From: Chrysomallon squamiferum
Taxonomy: Eukaryota > Animalia > Mollusca
Direction: 5' to 3'
Length of the DNA: 64,000 nt
NCBI GenBank assembly: GCA_012295275.1
Contig: CM022679.1
Coordinates: forward strand, 14,384,001-14,448,000
Made by a program: the position numbers and the translations under genes. A model generated the notes under the pieces. That model saw only the letters and a list, made by a program, of their open reading frames with translations. It ran no database searches and was not told the DNA's origin. Positions 40,736 through 52,293 of the stretch are shown here, in pieces (within the stretch, counting starts at the first letter, position 1; each line of letters starts with the position of its first letter).

Positions 40736-41436
40736 CAAAAAGGTAATAAGCTGTTTTAACATTAAAATGTTTCTGCTTTAGGACAGCCCTATTACCATGA
40801 TTTTTGTTTTGTTTTGTTTTATTAGTGAAGGAGAGAGAAAATGAAAGCTAAAGAATGAGAAAAAGGGAGAGATAAAGAGAAAGAGAAAATAGATTATTTA
40901 TAATCTTTATTTGCACAAACATCTAAATAAACAAAATAAAAAAACATCTATCTGAAGTCTAGTAATAAAAAAGAACTACACTAATTAAATTTAAAAAAAA
41001 AAAATATATATATATAAAATGTTAAAATTAATAAAAATGTCACTATTCTATTTGTTTTAAATAAAAATATGTTTGCTGTTATTAACAGCTATAATCCATG
41101 TTTTACCTTGTGTTTCTATCGGTATAATATTTGTTTGGCTTGTGCCTGCTAAAAACAAATTGTGATCAATTTTGAGCAATAAAATATTATAAAAAATTTT
41201 TAGCATTCAACTTATATTCTTTGTCACTGTAGTGAATTTTTTTTTTTTTTTTTTTTTTTTTTGTTACAGAATAATAATTAAAAAAATACTAAAAATGACA
41301 AGATTAAAAAAAAATAAAATAAAAAAGGGTATCATAAAAAACTGATGCAAATTGTCATTTATATGTCTAAAAGTAAATCACTACATTACTTGATATGTGT
41401 GTATTTGTGTGTGTGTGATTGTGTATGTATGTGTGA

Positions 41437-41489
<53 letters not shown>

Positions 41490-41544
41490 GTGACTTGTGT
41501 GTGTTTGTGTGTGTGTGTATGAGTGATTGTGTATGTATGTGTGA

Positions 41545-41595
<51 letters not shown>

Positions 41596-41649
41596 GTGAT
41601 TTGTGTGTGTTTGTGTGTGTGTGTATGAGTGATTGTGTATGTATGTGTG

Positions 41650-41690
<41 letters not shown>

Positions 41691-42245
41691 TGTGTGAGTG
41701 TATGTGTTCACACACACATTGAGACAGTCAGATAAAACTATGTCAGCAGTCTAGTGGAGTCATCTTTCTGCAGGCTGTTATTTGTTTGATCAGCTTACCT
41801 TGAGATTTGTGACTTATGACTGAAGGATTTTGTCCACTTTTGAAAGTGATTTCTTTTATGTCATCTTGTTTAGGTTCTAATCAGATATATGTAAGACAAA
41901 ATAAATGTCTATTCCTAATACATACATACATACACATACATACATATATACACACATACACACCTACATATATATATAATCCACCCACACATATACACAC
42001 ACACATATACATACATACATACATACACACACACACATATACATACATACATACACACACACATATACATACATACATACATACATACACACACATATAC
42101 ATACATACATACATACACACACATATACATACATACACACACATATATATACATACATATATATACATACACACACATATACATACATACATACATACAT
42201 ACAAACATTATTATTATTATTTTATTATTATTATTATTGTTATTA

Positions 42246-42283
<38 letters not shown>

Positions 42284-43029
42284 CAAAAAGTTAATAAACT
42301 GTTTTAACATTAAAATGTTTCTGCTTTAGGACAGCCCTATTACCATGACATCAAAAATTTGACAGCTCATGCAGATTTTTGTTTTGTTTTGTTTTATTAG
42401 TGAAGGAGAGAGAAAATGAGAGAGAAAGAATGAGAAAAAGGGAGAGATAAAGAGAAAGAGAAAATAGATTATTTATAATCTTTATTTGCACAAACATTTA
42501 AATAAACAAAATAAAAAACATCTAGCTGAGGTCTAGTAATAAAAAAGAACTACACTAATTAAATTTAAAAAAAAATATATATATATAAAATGTTAAAATT
42601 AATAAAAATGTCACTATTCTATTTGTTTTAAATAAAAATATGTTTGCTGTTATTAACAGCTATAGTCCATGTTTTACCTTGTGTTTCTATCGGTATAATA
42701 TTTTTTTGGCTTGTGCCTGCTAAAAACAAATTGTGATCAATTTTGAGCAATAAAATATTATAAAAATGTTTAGCATTCAACTTATATTCTTTGTCACTGT
42801 AGTGAATTTTTTTTTTGTTTTTTTTTTTTAAGTTACAGAATAATAATTAAATAAATACTAAAAATGACAAGATTAAAAAAAATAAAATAAAAAAGGGTAT
42901 CATAAAAAACTGATGCAAATTGTCTTTTATATGTCTAAAAGTAAATCACTACATTACTTGGAGACATTTGATGATGTGTGTGTGTGTGTATGTGTGATTT
43001 GTGTGTGTTTGTGTATGTATGTATGTGTG

Positions 43030-43081
<52 letters not shown>

Positions 43082-43124
43082 GTGTGTGTGTGTGTGTAAT
43101 TGTGTATGTATGTGTGTGTGTGTG

Positions 43125-43162
<38 letters not shown>

Positions 43163-43181
43163 TTGTGTATGTATGTGTGTG

Positions 43182-43231
<50 letters not shown>

Positions 43232-43384
43232 GTGATGTGTGTGTGTGTGTGTGTGTGTGATGTGTGTATGTATGTGTGATGTGTGTGTTTTGTGTGTGTG
43301 TGTGTGTGTGATTGTGTATGTATGTATGTGTGATGTGTGTATGTTTGTGTGTGTGTGTGTGTGTGATTGTGTATGTATGTGTGA

Positions 43385-43431
<47 letters not shown>

Positions 43432-43476
43432 GTGATGTGTGTGTGTGTGTGTGGTGTGTGTGTGTGTGATTGTGTA

Positions 43477-43561
<85 letters not shown>

Positions 43562-44170
43562 TGTATGTGTGTGTATTTGTTTGATCAGCTTACCTTGAGA
43601 TTTGTGACTTATGACTGAAGGATTTTGTCCACTTTTGAAAGTGATTTCTTTTATGTCATCTTGTTTAGGTTCTAATCAGATATATGTAAGACAAAATAAA
43701 TGTCTATTCCTAATACATACATACATACACAGCTACATATATATATAATCCACCCACACATATACATACACACATACACATACATACATACATACATACA
43801 TACACACACACATACATATACATACATACATACATACATACATACACACACACATACATATATATACACATATATATACATACATACATACATACATATA
43901 CACACATATACACATATACATACATACATACATACATACATACATACATACATACATACATACATACATACATACAAAATACATATACACATTATGCACA
44001 TACAAAGAGAGAGAGATTGAGTCATACATTAAAATTTAGTAATATCCTGCACAACATTTTAAAACTGGCAAATTTACACAGTGCTCCATATTTGAGCAAA
44101 TATATCAAACACCAAAGCTAAATACAAATATATATTTGGCCACAACTCTGACACCCACACCCTCACCCTC

Positions 44171-44217
<47 letters not shown>

Positions 44218-44671
44218 ACACACACACACACACAGACACACACAGAGACACACACACACACACACACAGACACACACACACACAGACACACACATACAGA
44301 CACACACACACACACATACAGACACACAGACACACAGACACACACACAAATGAAACCAGAACAGTTGTAATCATCTATACACAAAAGTAAAACTCAGTAA
44401 AATAACACAAACATCAATTTAAACAAACATGTTGTCAAACAGTGACTTACGTTCAGTGAATTTCTCTTTTATTCTTCGCACACGTGTTCTTTTTCTAATC
44501 AGTTTTTTTTTCACAGCTCTATCACGTTTTACTGGGTGCATACCATATTTCTGCTGAGCCCATGGTGAGGTGTGGAACATTTTTTGCCCCTGAACTTTGG
44601 CTTTATAATCCAAGTGTAATTACAGAATAAGAATAATAATCAAAAAAAAAAAAAAAAAAAATAATAAAAAA

Positions 44672-44762
<91 letters not shown>

Positions 44763-45634
44763 TAAACAACAGAAAGAACAAGAAGAATGAAAAAAAAGAA
44801 AGAAGGGGGTTATAAATGAAAATTGGAAGACGATAAAACCAGAAAATCTATTTATAAAATATTTATATTTAGCCGTACACACAAAAACACACACAAACAA
44901 GTTACAACTATAGCACAGTCTCCACATTACAAAATAAAACATATACAGTTGACAATCCACAAGTTTACTCTGTGCCTGGTGTATTTTCTATCCAGTCTAT
45001 GAAAATACCTATCATCCTCCGTGTAATGGAGGTTTTCACCTCTAGGAACCAGAATAATAATTAAATAGTTTTACTTTTGAGTACAATCACCTTGAACAGA
45101 GACACCTTATCACAGCGTCCAAAATGACAGACTGTCAGTTGTTAAGAAATTGCTGATCATTAAAATAGATCAGTTATTGAAATATCACTGATTATTCCAT
45201 TCAGCAGCAGCTGTAAAAGATCCAGGCTGGGGCAGTGTATACACTCACTTTACTTGTTCTGCAGTTGTTCTTCAACTACAGCTCTTAGCTGCTATGTTTA
45301 AGTTTAAGACTTTGAGTTTTACTTCTAAACCCAACTTTCATTCTTCAAATTTGAAGTTTCTTGATATTGTAAGTTTCATTGGAATTTGGTGGTGCTGAAT
45401 TTTCATAGATATCACTGTGCTGCAGGATCCTAACACAAATTTATATAATTATATAAATCCAGGGTTTTAGACCAGCCTGCCAACTGAACACTTGGACAGC
45501 AATTAACTTTGTTTTGTTTTTTTCTTTAAACCTGAAGACCAAAGCAGCCTTGCTTCCTAGCATCGCTTTTTGGTGCTCAGTTTTGAAGATAGAATTGAGA
45601 GATAGAGATATATCAGTGTGTGTGTGTGTGTGTG

Positions 45635-45676
<42 letters not shown>

Positions 45677-48451
45677 GTGTGTCATTGCAGAGTTGCAAGC
45701 CACAACTGGTAAAATATCAAAGATAATCCCTAAGCTTCAAGGCACCATTGGTCAGATACATAATCACAGATTACTCTGCAGCTGTATGGCACAATGGTCA
45801 GTGTTTACAGATCATTTCTCAACAGTCAGGCACTGACAGTGAGATAAATTCTTCCTAGACAAACCTTGAGCTGCAAGGCACAAGTAACTGTGTACCACAT
45901 ATTATCTATACAAGCACCAGCAGGCTGATAAAACAGCTGGCCCCAGAGGTGCAAGGAACTGGTAAACATAACACATTAATCCCCTGAATGAGACATTTCC
46001 ACGCAGAGAATTAGCAGTGTTTATAACATGATTAGTAACCGCTGTCACTGAAAAATAAAATTATTTCTTCTGTATGCATTATCCCATAGCAAAACAGAAA
46101 ACACAAACACACTCCTCACCTTTTCTACACTGTGTTATTTGAAAGATTAGCCAACAATAGGATGAAAGATTTATCCTATAATCACATATACTTAATGTCA
46201 TGACAGACAGACATCCAGACATAGACAGATGTAATAAAAACCTTCCTTTTCAAACATTATCTCGTTATACTAGTGGTAAGACAGTTATGTTTACAAGAAA
46301 CAGAGTAAGAAAACAAATCTATCTTGCAGTGATACGAATCATCTCCAAACCTCAAAGTGAAGACATTTGATCTTCCTTTTTTCATTCTTTTCATTTTTTT
46401 TGTCCTTATTTTATACACACAGACAAATATATACATACACACATATACACACATACACACATACATATATACATACATAAATACATACATACACACATAT
46501 ATACATTAATACACACATACATACATAAATACACATACATACATACATATATACATACATATATACATACATACGTACATACATAGACATACACACACAC
46601 ACATACATACATACATAGACATACATATATAAATACATACATACATAAATACACACATACAGGCATACATACATAGACATACATATATAAATACATACAT
46701 ACATAAATACACACATACATACATAAATACACACATACATGCATACATACATAAAGACATACATATACTAATACATACATACATAAATACACACATACAT
46801 GCATACATACTGAAAGACATACATATATAAATACATACATACACACGTACATACATAGACATACATACATACATACATACATAAATACACACATACATAC
46901 ATAAACACATACATATATAAATATATACATACATAAATACACACATACATACATAAACACATATATATATGTGTGCCTGTTTGAGTGCTTAGTACACAGC
47001 ACAACAGCACATTTCTGTCATTGTCACATTTCTGTCATTGTCACATTTCTGTCATTGTCACATTTCTGTCATTGTCAGTAAACTGTTGAAGCATGCTTGT
47101 AATGGCACAGTGTCTGACTTTGTCAGAAATAGCCATTCAAAACTGATTTAACTAACACAACAGCATATCTGATATTTCTGAAACAGTAGTTTGCATGATC
47201 TGTGATGAAGATATATGAATAATGATGAAGGCATTGTGAAGGTAATAGCAATAAAAAAAATATATATATTTAAATTTGCTGTTTTTTTTTTTACCTGAAG
47301 GTAGCTGCCGATCTGTAACATTCCGAAAAACATAATATGAACAAGTTCTGAGTTTCTGCTTCCATTGTCAAATGTCATGTGTTTAGTTATACCTCATCTT
47401 TTTTTCTTGTTATTATTATTATTATTATAAATATAATTATTATAAATATTTTTTATGATTATTATTATTTTTTTTTTTTTTGGAGAATGGATGTTATTAT
47501 AATAATTATTATAGTAGTGTGATTATTAATTAGCAGTTAGTTATTAATTTCTTTATTATGACGAAGGGAAAGTTTATTAAATATATAAGTGGAGTTGTTT
47601 TCTGTTTGTTGGTTATATTGATTATATTTATTTATACATTCAGGACCATTACAACCCATATATATATATATATATTTAAAATAAATTTAAAAAAAATTAA
47701 AATTAATAAAATAATAATAAAATATTAAAATTTACTTACCTAGTGATATTCCGACAAACCCAGGCTGTTCTCGTTTCGTCTTCTTCATGCAGAAATCCTT
47801 GTCGGCCAGATACGCCACTACAATCAGCAGAGGAAACATCAGGAAGGTGACGATGGCTTCCCAGAGCTCGACGATACCCGGCGAAATAACCAGGAGGACG
47901 AGGGCCAGCCATACGTAGGCGAACACGCACGTAAAGGCGGTCACCACAAACACCTTGAAGCTCTTTATCCGCCGGACTTGTCCAGTGGGAATAGCCACAA
48001 TACATATGGCCGAAATGACCAGCAAATTGAAAGCAGCTGACCCGACAATTGTGCCAGGCCCAAGTTCGCCTGCAACGAAGTTGTTCCCGATGATCTCTAT
48101 GACCGAAAGAAGTATTTCCGGTGCACTCGTGCCCAAAGCGAGAAGACTCAAGTTGGCCACAGTGTCATTCCAAACCTTCACCTCCAGTTCCTTCATTCCT
48201 CCAGGAGCATTGGCATCGGGGACACGAATGATGGAAGTCTTGCTAGTGATCCGTTCAATGGAACACATAAACACGTCGGCGACGATGGCCACAGCCAGAA
48301 AGCACCACAAGAGACCTGCGAGGTAGAGGGTCGCTCTGAGTCCTATGGACCACGTGTATTCGTTTATTATCGGCAACAGCAGTCCTACATCTGAACAGGT
48401 GTAGTTGTAGACGGAACTGAGAGGAATCATGATCGGAGTATCGTTAGCCAT
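29000..48451 (-). CDS. NCX: Sodium/calcium exchanger (NCX/SLC8A/Calx family), spliced CDS: join(47740-48451, 37929-38029, 37164-37331, 34764-34960, 33567-33796, 32878-33110, 32277-32382, 31748-31926, 30887-31219, 29000-29242); 833 aa without optional exons
   Basis: Alpha-1 repeat (GTSAPE...GPGTIVGSAAFN), alpha-2 repeat (GTSMPD...GNVNGSNSVN), two Calx-beta domains and C-terminal GELGG motif. All introns are GT-AG, phases match exon to exon, and lengths sum to 2502 nt ending in TAA. The paralog number cannot be assigned by eye. Confidence 0.95.
30425..30840. repeat. CA-rich repeat with a ~103-bp internal duplication
   Basis: CACACAACCATCCTTACAACATACACAGAAGCAAACATAAACACATCACAGAAC at ~30584 and ~30687. 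Confidence 0.8.
30887..31219 (-). CDS. NCX: NCX core exon 9 (TM helices, alpha-2 repeat)
   Basis: ILFAFIPP...GGWPAF...VALGTSMPDTFASK...YADSSVGNVNGSNSVNVFLGLG; 333 nt, phase 0/0. Confidence 0.96.
31748..31926 (-). CDS. NCX: NCX core exon 8 (EYNGLVSRIL...SQFKNAMNVNGGD...DYILHFATFFWK)
   Basis: Matches the NCX motif DYVMHFLTVFWK; phase 1/0; donor AAG|gtactc. Confidence 0.93.
32277..32382 (-). CDS. NCX: NCX core exon 7 (end of CBD2, KAERDDCFQVDLLEATGGAQIGKIKKTIITIVNDD)
   Basis: tttcag acceptor, G|gtaagt donor, 106 nt, phase 0/1; translated by hand (absent from the ORF track). Confidence 0.92.
32619..32866. repeat. ~123-bp tandem duplication just inside the intron after core exon 6
   Basis: ATTATCAGTTAAAACAAAA...GAAAGTTTCTGTCATGTGACAA occurs twice; a degenerate third copy lies near 32510. 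Confidence 0.85.
32878..33110 (-). CDS. NCX: NCX core exon 6 (CBD2)
   Basis: EPGILEF...VQRINGADGHVSVTWKTKDITAKDGIDY...LKFDNQET; phase 1/0; donor AAC|gtgagt. Confidence 0.95.
33567..33796 (-). CDS. NCX: NCX core exon 5 (CBD1)
   Basis: VETINGTALAGEDY...IEIVDDFEWEPDEFFFVKL...TIINDD; phase 2/1; donor G|gtaagt. Confidence 0.95.
33804..34155. repeat. (AAC/AAT/AGT)n trinucleotide microsatellite
   Basis: Direct observation. Confidence 0.95.
34434..34768 (-). repeat. ~45-47-bp tandem repeat spanning the donor of NCX core exon 4 (7 extra copies)
   Basis: CCACACA(C/A)CTGACTCTCTTTACTAGTAATTTAAATATTTTCTACT repeated up to the exon boundary. Confidence 0.92.
34764..34960 (-). CDS. NCX: NCX core exon 4 (start of Calx-beta domain CBD1)
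   Basis: LYEKIQ...VEFTAAAVAVLENVGKVRIGIRRHG; tttcag acceptor, CAG|gtgtgt donor; phase 0/2. Confidence 0.92.
35088..35352. repeat. (AAT)n compound microsatellite
   Basis: Direct observation. Confidence 0.95.
36504..37200 (-). repeat. 56-bp tandem repeat spanning the donor of NCX core exon 3 (13 copies including the functional one)
   Basis: GACTTACATCTTGGAAAGTAGACAAAACTTTAGGAACGAGTTTCTAAGAATCACGT recurs at 36765, 36821, 36877, 36933, 36989, 37045, 37101 and 37157, with degenerate distal copies. Confidence 0.95.
37164..37331 (-). CDS. NCX: NCX core exon 3 (DLGRFEDL...KSHDRGWYRIHATRAMTGG...STFQD)
   Basis: Matches the NCX motif KSRAFYRIQATR..G; acceptor tttcag, donor GAT|gtaagt; 168 nt, phase 0/0. 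Confidence 0.92.
37929..38029 (-). CDS. NCX: NCX core exon 2 (cytoplasmic loop, GEPSTNKYTLTDEVEAGATEDQTQGDAEIIKLAK)
   Basis: ttcag|GT GAA...GCG AAG|gtaata; 101 nt converts phase 1 to phase 0 as required by the next exon. Confidence 0.85.
38025..38410. repeat. Degenerate ~35-50-bp tandem repeat abutting the acceptor of core exon 2
   Basis: Recurrent ATATGTGCTCACCTACATTACAAA-like units resembling the acceptor region TTCACCTGAATCACAAACAAAAT. Confidence 0.6.
39415..39423 (-). CDS. Candidate 9-nt microexon of NCX ((G)LP)
   Basis: Minus strand reads tgcttaacatatatgcttcag|GCTTGCCAG|gtgaga; good donor, branch-like cttaac, UGC motifs just upstream, frame-preserving. Confidence 0.4.
41799..41876 (-). 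CDS. Candidate 78-nt phase-1 cassette exon, copy B (identical to 43594-43671)
   Basis: Same sequence and splice sites as copy A, inside a local tandem duplication. Confidence 0.55.
43594..43671 (-). CDS. Candidate 78-nt phase-1 cassette exon, copy A (PKQDDIKEITFKSGQNPSVISHKSQ)
   Basis: ctgattag|AACCTAAACAAG...TCTCAAG|gtaagc; open in the NCX frame, symmetric phase 1; complex sequence between microsatellites. Confidence 0.6.
44172..44348. repeat. (CA)n/(CAGA) microsatellite
   Basis: Direct observation. Confidence 0.95.
44451..44600 (-). CDS. Candidate 150-nt phase-1 cassette exon of NCX (AKVQGQKMFHTSPWAQQKYGMHPVKRDRAVKKKLIRKRTRVRRIKEKFTE)
   Basis: Open frame, strong donor C|gtaagt, acceptor is the first AG after a long U-rich tract (weak AAG), length divisible by 3, phase matches intron 1. 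Confidence 0.5.
46412..46970. repeat. (TACA)n compound microsatellite
   Basis: Direct observation. Confidence 0.95.
47008..47077. repeat. 17-bp tandem repeat x4
   Basis: CACATTTCTGTCATTGT four times. Confidence 0.9.
47295..47312 (-). CDS. Candidate 18-nt phase-1 microexon of NCX ((D)RQLPS)
   Basis: Minus strand reads gttacag|ATCGGCAGCTACCTTCAG|gtaaaa; frame-preserving, no stop, GC-richer than its flanks. No transcript evidence. Confidence 0.35.
47740..48451 (-). CDS. NCX: NCX coding exon 1 (N-terminus, TM1-5, alpha-1 repeat)
   Basis: ORF MANDTP...VWNDTVANLSLLALGTSAPEILLSVIE...AYLADK. In-frame TGA two codons upstream of the ATG; acceptor tttcag before 48495; donor G|gtaagt at 47739 (phase 1). 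Confidence 0.95.
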
Positions 48452-48502
48452 GATTCAAAAGTAGTGGGATACAATCACTCTTTCAAAGATTATTTCTGAA
48501 AA

Positions 48503-48538
<36 letters not shown>

Positions 48539-48959
48539 CAACGAAGACGAACAACTTTAAAAATATAAATCAATTATTTTATTTTATTTTTAAATCAGGG
48601 AATTAACTTTCTAAATTCACTTTCGTAATATCTTGTGATCAGTAATTCCTATATGTCCTGTCTGGTGTTCAAACCGTGTTTAGTATGAATCAGAGTAATT
48701 TATTCAGTTACCAAACATATTCAGCTCCCAGTGCAGTGCTGGCTTCGCTATTACAAAATCAGAATAACATTTTCTTGCAATGTAATGCATAACGAAAACA
48801 AAATTGCTTTTATTTATGAACGCATTCGATAATATGGGCTTACAGTTGTAACTATCACGTAATACACATCGATAAAAAAACAAAAAAAAAACGTCTCGGT
48901 TACTGGCAGACGAATCCCGGCGCGATCATCAGTATGTGCTCTTTTTCGAATAGCAACAA

Positions 48960-49080
48960 ATAAGTTGTTATATGCACCTTACCATAGATGGAGAAGCACA
49001 TTCCTACGCTTTTAGCAATTCAGTCGAAGGCATTGGTTCAAGATGGCAGTGATCTTGAATCAGTCCTTAGCTCTAACAAC
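48960..49080 (-). mobile_element. Degenerate SINE-like fragment (inverted relative to the 55625 copy)
   Basis: TTATATGCACC...AGCACATTCC...CAGTCG..GGCATTGG is reverse-complement similar to the 55625-55900 motifs. Confidence 0.35.
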
Positions 49081-50093
49081 TAAGACACTGAAGATTGAAT
49101 GTACTTGAAAAGGCCTTTAGATCTAAGGTACACACCACTATATATATATATATATGGGATCCAGACTAAGATTTAAGATATACGATAATGAACGAAATAG
49201 AGAATATATATTTTCTATTTTAAAATGAATGATTTGGAATTTGCTTTTTCCCCTCAAAAAAAAAACAAAATAAAATAAAAAAATAAAAAATATAAAAAAT
49301 AAAAATAAAATTAATATGTTTCTCAAATTACTGTTGGACCGTTATTTATTTTAGAATGAAAATAATGTTAAAAAACCCCACAACCCCCCCCTCCACAAAA
49401 CAAATTACAAAAGAAGTATTTAAATATCTAAAATAACAAACAACAAATGCACCTTTGGATTATTATTATCATTATTATTATTCCTCTTGTTTCTTTTCTG
49501 TTGTAAAAATTATCTAGAAGGATATTTGTTCATAAAAGGTAGCTACGATTTATGACTGAGGCAACATTCCTTTCGATACTTTCAGTAAAAACACTAATCT
49601 CAGTTTTTGCAGTTGATACTTCTAACACTTTAGTCGTGTTTGCAACGACATAAACAAGTTATGTTCTTTGTGGTATTTATTAGTGGAACTGTAAGTACCA
49701 CCAGACTTTTATGGGCAGATTTTTAAAAGATACGAACAAACGAGTTCACTGATATCGTGACGTCATATACTGAAGATTAATTGCTCGTCTCCCACCCTCA
49801 ATTGTAAACAGACTTCGTCGTGCTCAAATCACAGCGAGTTAATAATGTTTGATCATGTTCAGAATACATAAATACACGTTATCACAAAATACTATGTAAC
49901 AAGGAGAGTAACTAAGCGTGTAAAATGCCATCCAGGCAGTTTTCTGATTCAATGTTGTTCTATTTGTGTGTTCTTTCTGCCTAATCTACGGTATATCTAT
50001 CTATCTTTCTATATATATATATATATATAGATAAAAAACAATCCCCCCCCACAAAACAAATACGACTCTCAACCGTTCATTCTAAAATGTGCG

Positions 50094-50150
<57 letters not shown>

Positions 50151-50664
50151 TTACTAACATTAATAAGAAATAAATGCATAAATACGTAAGTATATAAAAT
50201 AAATAAAAATAATTCAGTTCGTTTAAACACTGAAAAATAATGTATTTTTATGAAGCATAAATTTGTTGTTGTTATTATTATTATTAAGTAGTAGTAGTAG
50301 GCCAATTTTTTTTCTACAGTTTTTAAAGCAAACCACAGAAAGCCATTCTCCGTTCCCCTTACAATGACTGTATGCAATAAGCGTTTCACATTTTATTTTA
50401 TAAACTATCGACAGTTTTAATATATTTTGTGATGTGTTGCTTCCGCATGTGCACGTACTAACTTCCACCTTAAACAACTTGTGAAATATCGCTGTTTCCG
50501 CACTCATTATATTGACCAAGTTCATTTACATTAATTAGTCTGTTTTAAAAATGACTAGGCGTAAAGATAGCAGTAACGACAGAAGATGAGTCTAGTCTAT
50601 CTATGCATTTGATTCTTGTTACGAAAATGGAATAAAATGTAGTACATTACCGGAGCTATGTGGA

Positions 50665-50699
50665 TTACGTAACTGCATATAAAATGACGTCATTTTATA
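50665..50699. promoter_or_regulatory. CRE (TGACGTCA) within a perfect 22-bp palindrome, adjacent to a TTACGTAA bZIP-type site
   Basis: TTACGTAA at 50665-50672; TATAAAATGACGTCATTTTATA at 50678-50699. Function is inferred only. Confidence 0.45.
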
Positions 50700-52233
50700 A
50701 AACATTTTCTATTTATTCAGAAATGCCAAAAATGCAAGTTCAAGATACAGGTATAAATAAACGTATTTCAAATAAATAAAAAAAAAAAAATAAATAATAA
50801 ATAATAATAATAATAATAAAAAAGACAGAATAATGTTCTATTCCTTTATTTTTTTAATGCTCATATTGATTTTTAAGTTTAATACAGTATGTATGCCACG
50901 CCATTGACTAAAGGTGAAATTGTTTTTTTAAAAAACCCAACAAACTCATGGAATGTTCACTTTTCTGTCAAAAACAACAATGGAACCAAGAATATGCCTT
51001 TATTAGGAACGAAACCAGATCGTTAAATGATTGCTATTTATCCCGTACTATTAGTTTTAGACTCTATGACATTTTTGTTTGGGTACAAAAATTCGGTTTA
51101 TAAGCTGTGTATATTAACTGTGTTTTTATAACCGATATAGAAGCTTAGTTCGAAGACGCACCTTAGATGAACATAACAGCCTTTGTGAAAGTCTAGAAAA
51201 TCAGCTGCATAGTTGGCATTTTTGTGATATTTGTCGCGGTTTACATCGCATGAAGTAAATACCTGTAACAACTATTTTGATGAACAAAAGCGACCATTGA
51301 CATTGCAGCAGTTTTTGGCCGCTATACTATTATTTGTTCTGGTAAACGAACAAATATGGAAGAATCGTGCTAAATTCATAATGTATAATAGCAAAACGAC
51401 ACATGTTTCTGTATCCAGATGTCGTGTTATTTCATATTAGTAATTTGACCGTACGCCGTACAAATACCGCAGGGAGATACAAGCCAATGAAGTAGGGTTA
51501 AATACAGGTTTAAAAACTCAACTAATGTTGAGAGAACATGTATGAAAGATCCCGAGTTAAACCTTTGCCACCTGATGCGTCAAGAAATTAAATGATAAAT
51601 GGTAAACAACCGAAAATGTGATTATTTCAGATTGTTATTATTATTGTTGTTGTTGTTATTCAAAATTTACTACTTGCCTAGAGTTTTTGCCATATTACCA
51701 AATCTGAATTACATATGAAAATGGACGGTTTATAATAATAATAATAATAATAATAATATAATAACACTGATAATGTGTACTCTAAACATGCTTTAAAACC
51801 GGTAAGAACTTGAATTATATATATATTTTATGTAAAACAGGAAATATTCAGTATGTAATGGTGTGAAAATCCTCAGTGGGTTGCTGACGCTGTTGACCTA
51901 CACGTCATATTAGAGTCAGCTCTTCTGTTATCGTCACTGATCCTTGACGTCATATTTCAATCTTTTTTTGTTGTTTTTTTTTTGATACACCATGATCCGC
52001 TCAGAAATGTAAACTTGTTTGAATGGAAAGATAAAGAAAAAAAAAACAAAAAAAGGCAAAAAAAGAAAGAAAAACCCGAAAAAACTATTTTTCAATAGCT
52101 TGGAGTGTTTTGCCTCAGCTGTTGGTATTCTGCCGACAGCCGAACTTTATATTACGCTTATGTGCATTAAAAAGTGAACGTGACATAGAAAAGAGAAACA
52201 GTAAATAAAAGAATGTTATCCAACAGTTTTAGC

Positions 52234-52293
<60 letters not shown>

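Larger units (their letters stand above)
40732..43975. repeat. Intronic tandem duplication, ~1.5-1.7 kb x2 (about 40732-42203 and 42280-43975), containing the 78-nt exon
   Basis: Both copies start TAATCAAAAAG.TAATAA.CTGTTTTAACATTAAAATG and share complex sequence; they differ in (TG)n/(TACA)n lengths and a short indel near 42350. Confidence 0.92.

Noticed and set aside
41107-41115. Another possible 9-nt microexon (gatag|AAACACAAG|gtaaaa; duplicated near 42678)
   Set aside because: No pyrimidine tract or branch signal upstream; likely a chance match.
47955-48326. Plus-strand ORFs overlapping NCX exons (also 30906-31241, 33550-33771, 34793-35062)
   Set aside because: Antisense shadows of real coding exons with no independent similarity.
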